The position numbers and the translations under genes are program-made. A stretch of DNA of 56,766 nucleotides, the filler included, from Diploschistes diacapsis (taxonomy: Eukaryota), in assembly GCA_023645945.1 (NCBI GenBank). It is 4 parts of 4 records of this genome, joined end to end, with 100 filler letters (N's around TTAATTAATTAA, not from the genome) between each part and the next. Parts side by side here need not be neighbours in the genome. Positions count along the whole stretch, not along the records: positions 42,711 to 56,766 come from JALAIB010000618.1; 3 more parts are not named here. The stretch is one strand, 5' to 3'. Positions 50,530 to 56,766 of the stretch are shown in pieces. The notes below the pieces were generated by a model. The model worked only from the letters and a program-made list of their open reading frames with translations. It made no database searches and had not been told where the DNA came from. How positions within the stretch are numbered: the stretch's first letter is position 1; each line of letters begins with the position of its first letter.

Positions 50530-51521
50530 AGCGATCATACCAGATCAGCGTGCGCCCAATGCCCAACTTTCACGGAATCTTCAACCTAGGAAGTCAAGAG
50601 TTCGCAAGGAGGAGCACATGCACGCAGTTGAGCTAGACCGTGCCAACAGGGAATAAATTTCCTCAAAGCGCTTGGCCACACCTTCGAGTATCCTTAGAAG
50701 ACCATTTAAGATAATGCGCGCCGGCAACACAAGTTAACATTCAGCGAGACTGACTGCGACTCCGGCTAGGAAAGAAGCGTGCGCCGGGAAGCCCACTGCA
50801 GAGTATTCAGTATAGAGCCAACCCTGTCGGGTGAAGGCGGAAAGAACAAGCAGCAATTTTGTGGTCGAAGAGCGAAGTCAATGGTATGTCAATTAAGTAT
50901 AGACTCGGGATCTGACATAGAAGATTCAATGTAGAAACCATTAAGATAACCAACCGCCTGCGTGTTCAAAAATCAAAGCACATGTTGGTATATGATTCTA
51001 CAACACAGTACATGCAAGGAGAGGGGACGGCTTATTCAACCAAGCTACTGGCGTTTAAGGGCGCTTTGCATCAATAACTCAATAACTCAATAAAGATGGT
51101 ATTTCCTACTATAGAATCTTGGGTTGTCAATGTGTCATAAGTTTTGAAGTCGTCTGGCTTCGTGGCAGAACAGCCAAGTCAACCGTGGGGCACCGATGCA
51201 AAAGATAAAATAAAAATACACGAATATTTACCAATAGGTATCTACACATACCTATGATATCAGTGTGTTCGTGGATTTTGTAACTTGGATCACTATTCTT
51301 ATTACTTTCTTTCACCCAGTATAATAGTCTTCTATAGTACAATCCCAACAGTTTCCTTCTCTGTCAAAGTCATGGCCCTCTGAATACTCCGCTTCATAGC
51401 GGACATACGCCGATTCAATGACTCGGTAGCACGTTGTCGTGTGAGCGGTCTGCATATTGCGTCCGCTCCAGAGAACATAGATCGGTTCGAGCCGCGAAGT
51501 ATTTGCAGACGGACTTGAAAC

Positions 51522-54500
51522 ATGGCAGCACAGGTATGTGATAGTCCTTTGGTATTCCGGCTTAGCCAAGTTTAATGTTTAAGGTCGAAAATGCCATCGA
51601 AATCGCTTGGAATCACAACTCCGAGCCTGGCCTCAAGGCGCAAGCCTTTGAGTTCCTGACTCAGCTTCGCTCAGAGCCTCAAAGCTGGACTGTCTGTCTG
51701 CCTATTGCCTTGCGTCAACCCCCTGCTTCCGAAGTTGTCCGCCACTTTTCTCTTGATATCGTGAATGGAGGAGTCCAGAGTGGGAAGATCAGCCCACAAG
51801 AATCGCTATCACTCAAGGAGAGCTTATTGGCATACTTAAGAGCAAATTATGGTGTGGGGCGCCAGACGAACCAGGATTCTAGCAATATCCAAAACAAATT
51901 GTCCGAGGTGCTTACCTCCTTATTCGTGACCTTGTATTCTTCGGAATGGACAACGTTCTTCGACGACCTTCTGGATTTAACAATCGTGAAGGCTATGGAA
52001 TTAGCCCCAGAGCAATCGGCGGCGGGTACGCTCTTTTGCCTAAGGGTCGTCGGTTCTATACACGATGAGATAGCCGACGTCATGCTATCCAGGTCTCCAC
52101 AGGAGCAGCAACGAGACAATGCTTTGAAGGACTTGGTACGCAAGCGAGATGTACAGAAGATTGCTTTTTCTTGGCAGATTGTTCTAGCATACTTCGAGGG
52201 CAAGAATAATGCAATTATTGAGCAATGTCTCTCGACAATCGGCCGTTGGGCCAGCTGGATCGATTTATCCCTTATCGTGAACGATTCTCTTTTAACCCTT
52301 CTCTTCGGTCTAGTCAGCAGTGGCTTATCCACCGAGGATGCTGGAAGGACCAAGCTTCGTGATATATCTCTGGGCACCATGATGGAAATTTTGGGCAAGA
52401 AGATGAAAGCGAGTGACAAGTTAGAGCTCATTGAAGTACTTAGAGTTGGTGAGTTGGTTTCGCGACTGACTGTGAGCCCATCTTTGCAAGAGTTGAGGTT
52501 TTCGTCTCAGTACGACACCGACTTTGCAGAGGTAGTTGCCAAACTTGTGAACAACACCTTACTCGACGTTGTCAATATTCTAGAATCTGTACCCGAAGGA
52601 GACCCGATCAAAGCCCGAGCCGATGGCCATCTGAAGACATTGAGTCCTTTTATGCTTAGATTCTTCTCTGACGAGTATGACGAGATTTGTTCAAACGTTA
52701 TTCCCTGTCTGACTGACCTTCTTACCCTGTTTCGAAAGAAGGCCAAGGGTAACTCGGAGTACCAACCCATGTTATCCCCGATACTTGAAGCAATCATGGC
52801 TAAGATGAAGTATGATGAGACCTCGGAATGGGGTAGCGAGAACGACCAGACAGATGAGGCGGAATTTCAAGACCTACGGAAAAGACTTCAAGTCCTTCAA
52901 CAAGCAGTTGCCGCCGTTGATGAAAGTCTTTATATCGAGAAGGTCAGTAACCTTGTGGCGCGCTGTTTCGACACATTCCAGAGCTCTGGAGGCCAGATGG
53001 ATTGGCGAGATATTGACCTTGCTCTGCACGAAATGTTCCTTTTTGGGCAACTTGCGGTCAAGAATGGCAATATCTACAGCAAGTCCAAGCCCATTTCTCC
53101 TGCCGCGGAGCGCCTGATTGCCATGATGTTCAAGCTCGTGGAATCCAGTAAGATGAAAGTTTCATGTTCATGAGACCTGTGCTAAGTCAACCAACAGATA
53201 TTGCAAGCTCTTCTCACCCTTCAGTTCATCTTCAGTTCATGGAAATCTGCGTTCGTTACAGTCCTTTCTTTGAAGCGAACCAACAAATGATCCATCCAGT
53301 ACTAGAAAAGTTCATCCAATATGTGCACCACGATCACGTGAAGGTCAGAACAAGGTCTTGGTATTTGCTCTACAGATTTGTCAAGCTGTTGCGAATGTAC
53401 CTCGGTGATATTGCTCAGTCGGTGATCCAGGCTGTCAGCGACCTCCTACCTATCAAGGCCGAACTACCCGATGAAGGCTCCGACGAGGGTGGCATGTCAT
53501 CAGATGAAAATAACCAATCAGCAGATGCGAGATTTACCAGTCAACTCTACTTGTATGAGGCTATTGGTAATATTTGCTCCCCAAAAGTGGTGCCAGTGGA
53601 GAACCAGGTTCTCTACATCAGAACTGTTATGAATCCTCTCTTCGTCGACTTGGAACAACATCTTACGACAGCGGCCGAAGGGGATGGGCGGGCTGTGCTC
53701 CAAGTCCATCATCTGATTATGGCTCTAGGCACATTGGCCCATGGATTTTCGGAGTGGAGACCGGTAGCGAGCGATTCTCCAAACGTTACTGCGACTGAGG
53801 TGTCTGAGGAATTCACAAAGGCCGCTGAAGCCATTCTTGTAGCGATGGAGTCACTCAATACATCGTCGGAAATCCGAACAGCTGCTCGATCATCCTTCTC
53901 TAGACTTGTAGGGGTCTTGGGAAATCGCATTCTCCCTCAACTACCCCACTGGATCAGTGGACTTCTTTCCAGGGCCTCTCCCAAAGATGAGATGGCTATG
54001 TTTATCCGGCTTCTGGATCAAGTAGTTCACGCTTTCAAGGGCGAGATATTTGACATCCTGAACAGCCTCTTAACTCCATTTTTGACGCGAGTTTTTGAAG
54101 GCATCGCTGAGCCAATCAACGGAACAGACGACAAAATTCAACTGTCGGAGCTTAAGGAACAGTACCTTGGCTTTCTCCTCATCATATTACAGAATGAGCT
54201 CGGACGCGTCTTCGTTACCGAGGGTAAGATCTTCTCTAATTAGTTAGACCAAGAACTAATATCCGATACTAGAAAACCAAGGCATATTTGAGTCCCTAAT
54301 AGCTAGTTTGGAAATGTTTACTAAGGATGCCAATGATCTTCCGAGTGCGAAATTAGCCTTTATTGTGCTTACGAAGATGATAACAACATGGGGTGGACCT
54401 GATGTAGTAGCTACGGACGGCTCGTTGACAGGAAGCACACCGGAGCCTTCGTTCTCGGGATTCGACCGATTCATGATGGAACGTTTCTCGCCAATGATTT

Positions 54501-54806
54501 GGGCTCTACTTGGGGATAGGCAATTCAATCCCAAGGACGCGCAATCGAAACAGGCTCTGGGAGAAGCTGCAGTAATGCAGAAGGCTATCTTTACGAAGAC
54601 GGGACTGAGCTATGTTGATTACTTGCGTGATAACGAGTTCAAGCTTGTTGGGATTGATGGATTAACGGCAAGTAATTACCTTCAGGCACTCAATACTTTG
54701 GATGCGAAACAATTCAAACAGTATTTCCAAGTAAGTGGGGGAAATCGCGTTTGAGGGCTTCCTTACTAACAGTCACTGGTAGAACCTTGTTCAGAGTTTA
54801 CGATGA
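51522..54806 (+). CDS. LOS1: Exportin-T (tRNA nuclear export receptor), 5 exons
   Basis: Exons 51522-51533, 51584-53147, 53198-54223, 54273-54730 and 54783-54806, with canonical splice sites. Importin-beta-like HEAT protein with LKAQAFEFL, RDNALKDLVR, WASWIDLSLIVN, EAEFQDLRKRL and VRTRSWYLLYRFVK. Confidence 0.92.
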
Positions 54807-55485
54807 CTATAAATCATTGCATTGTCGGTGAGCGAGCATTACGTGGAGTTCAATTTTTGACTTTGAGTCCAGACAAAATCATTAGGCCTACTGATTTCGC
54901 TGAGCTCTACTGCGCGTGTTCCAGAAAGACATGGCACCTGGAGTTTGAGCCTTCTGCTGGTACTGGAGGACGCCAAATACTACAAGAGTTTCTATGGGGG
55001 ACGAGACCATAACAGGAAGGATCTCGGACATGGTGGCGGACAAGTTTTCTAAAAGCATAGGGACTTTGGTGATAAGATACCCCATTTTCAATTTCGTAGC
55101 TTTCTAGAGCATGGCATGGTTATGGAGTTTAAAGCTACCTTAATGCAGAAACCCTGGGTCGAGTCAGTATCCTTCTTACAGCTTATTGACCCCAACCATT
55201 TAGCAGCTGAACATCTTGTGATCGTCCAAGTTGAAGGGGTCTCTGATCTTTCTTTGAAGTGCGTGATTGGGGTGTTTTCTTCATGGTTAACCCTGGCTTA
55301 TGCTTTTTTGACATCCTTTCCGATTAGTCTTTTCCTACGACTGGCACTAGTGTATCTCTTTCACTGACCTTTTCAAACTCCTTCAATTTCTTGTTTAATA
55401 TAGTAAGTAACCAAATGAAGCTCCCATCCTCAATTTACTTAGGCTGATCCTCATTCTCGTTATTCTCGCTTCATGCAGTCTCAAA

Positions 55486-56766
55486 ATGCAGACACAAATC
55501 AGAATGGCACCGACAACCAAGAAGGTGCTTAACTTCCTTGTTATCCTGTCTGCTGCTATTGCCCTCTTTGGTTTCTGGCCGTTGGTTCCCTCAGCTCTCG
55601 GCGCGACACCTAAGCATACATTTCTCCATCAAGACACCAGTGCTGCATCGGAAAACATCCCCAGCAGCTCCGCCATATCCCGTCCCATCAAGAGCCAGAA
55701 CCCAACCCATGACATCAAACCGACCCCTACATCTCCCAAGAACGTGACTGACCTGGACCTTTCTTTAAAGGATTTGGAAAAGCCTTCTAAAACGTTGAAG
55801 AGCAGATACCCAACATACGCTGAGGTACATGATGGGTGGGCTCCCTGGTATACTTTTCCTCGTATGCTAATCGGCTTCATGCTCTGCAGAACGTCTTGAA
55901 AGGCGCCTGCATGCTGGAAATGGCGGACAGTGTCATAGCTCCTAGCGCATACACAGACTTCGCGCAGCTTGCCAGCAGCGGATGGATAGCAGCCCCAGCC
56001 TCCAACCATTTCCTTATGGATTTGAGGACCCTCTTCCAAGCCGAAGGCTGGAGTATTGATGATTTCGAGCTGTTTGATTACTTTGTCTGTGGCCCTCCGA
56101 ACCACCCTTTTTGCTCCTCATTCATCCCTCCCATTCAAGCAAGCTACCCTCCAAAAATCTCCAAAACCAACCACTAACGCCCTCCAACAACCCCCCCAGT
56201 ACCAACAGCCCTGGCTCCTGACCCCCAACGGCCTCGCCTACCGCGCCGAGTACAAGCTGTGGGTCAACCCCGTCGCCGGCGCCCTCATCGTCGAGCTCGC
56301 CTACAAGCCGCACAACCCGCTCCTGCGGCCGCCCACGCCGACGCCGAACCCGCCCCCGCTCACCCGCCTGTCCGACTACGCCTTCCTCGTCTACCAGTAC
56401 GCCTGCCAGCACAGCGCCAACGCCAAGGCCAACTGCCTCCAGGGCCTGCAGTGGGTCATCCACAACCACGTCGAGAACCCGGTCTCGAGCGCGGTCGCGC
56501 TGCAGGCGCTGCACAACCGCGGCCTCACCGCCCCGCACGGCTGGCCGGGGACCAAGTTCGACACCTCGACCAGCGACGACGCCAAGGCGCTCGTGGGCTG
56601 TCCGAACGGGAACGGCGTCGTGTGGATGCTGGCCCAGCACATTGTGGTGCTGGGCGCGAGCACGGTCGACTATGTGAACGTGTTTGCCGACGACGAGGAG
56701 TGGTTGAATATTGCGTATCATGTTGGGGATAATCTTAGGACGCCGTGGGGGAGAAAGGGCAGGAGG
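55486..56766 (+). CDS. Secreted or membrane-anchored fungal protein of unknown function, 3 or more exons, open at the window end
   Basis: N-terminal hydrophobic segment LNFLVILSAAIALFGFWPLVPSALG. Introns 55825-55889 and 56085-56199 are both phase 0. The last exon is not in the ORF track and reads YQQPWLL...LTRLSDYAFLVY...WPGTKF...AKALVGCPNGNGVVWMLAQH..VLG. Confidence 0.7.

Overview
Intron-containing fungal genomic DNA (filamentous ascomycete, Pezizomycotina-type genes with GT-AG introns and CTRAC branch points). It is not one locus. Four segments (1-14242, 14343-28435, 28536-42610, 42711-56766; 14242, 14093, 14075 and 14056 nt) are joined by identical artificial 100-nt spacers (N44-TTAATTAATTAA-N44), and their descending lengths point to size-sorted, unlinked contigs. 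Segment 1 holds adenylate cyclase, a GH20 beta-N-acetylhexosaminidase, an F-box-like protein and a truncated gene. Segment 2 looks accessory: a C2H2 + DEDDh (Rex3/REXO1-like) exonuclease, a possible caspase-like relic, an intact OTT_1508-like nucleic-acid deaminase, two decayed genes, a copper amine oxidase and the start of ARL3/ARFRP1. Segment 3 holds a FEX fluoride exporter head-to-head with a bacterial-Upp-like UPRTase, an AT-rich RIP-like transposon relic zone, a cAMP-receptor-like GPCR and a conserved hypothetical gene. Segment 4 holds separase, a DUF5321-like gene, exportin-T (Los1) and a secreted protein of unknown function. The best candidate for undescribed biology is the deaminase/exonuclease/caspase-relic neighbourhood in segment 2, but any functional link there is inference. 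All exon boundaries and family calls were made by eye, with no database search.
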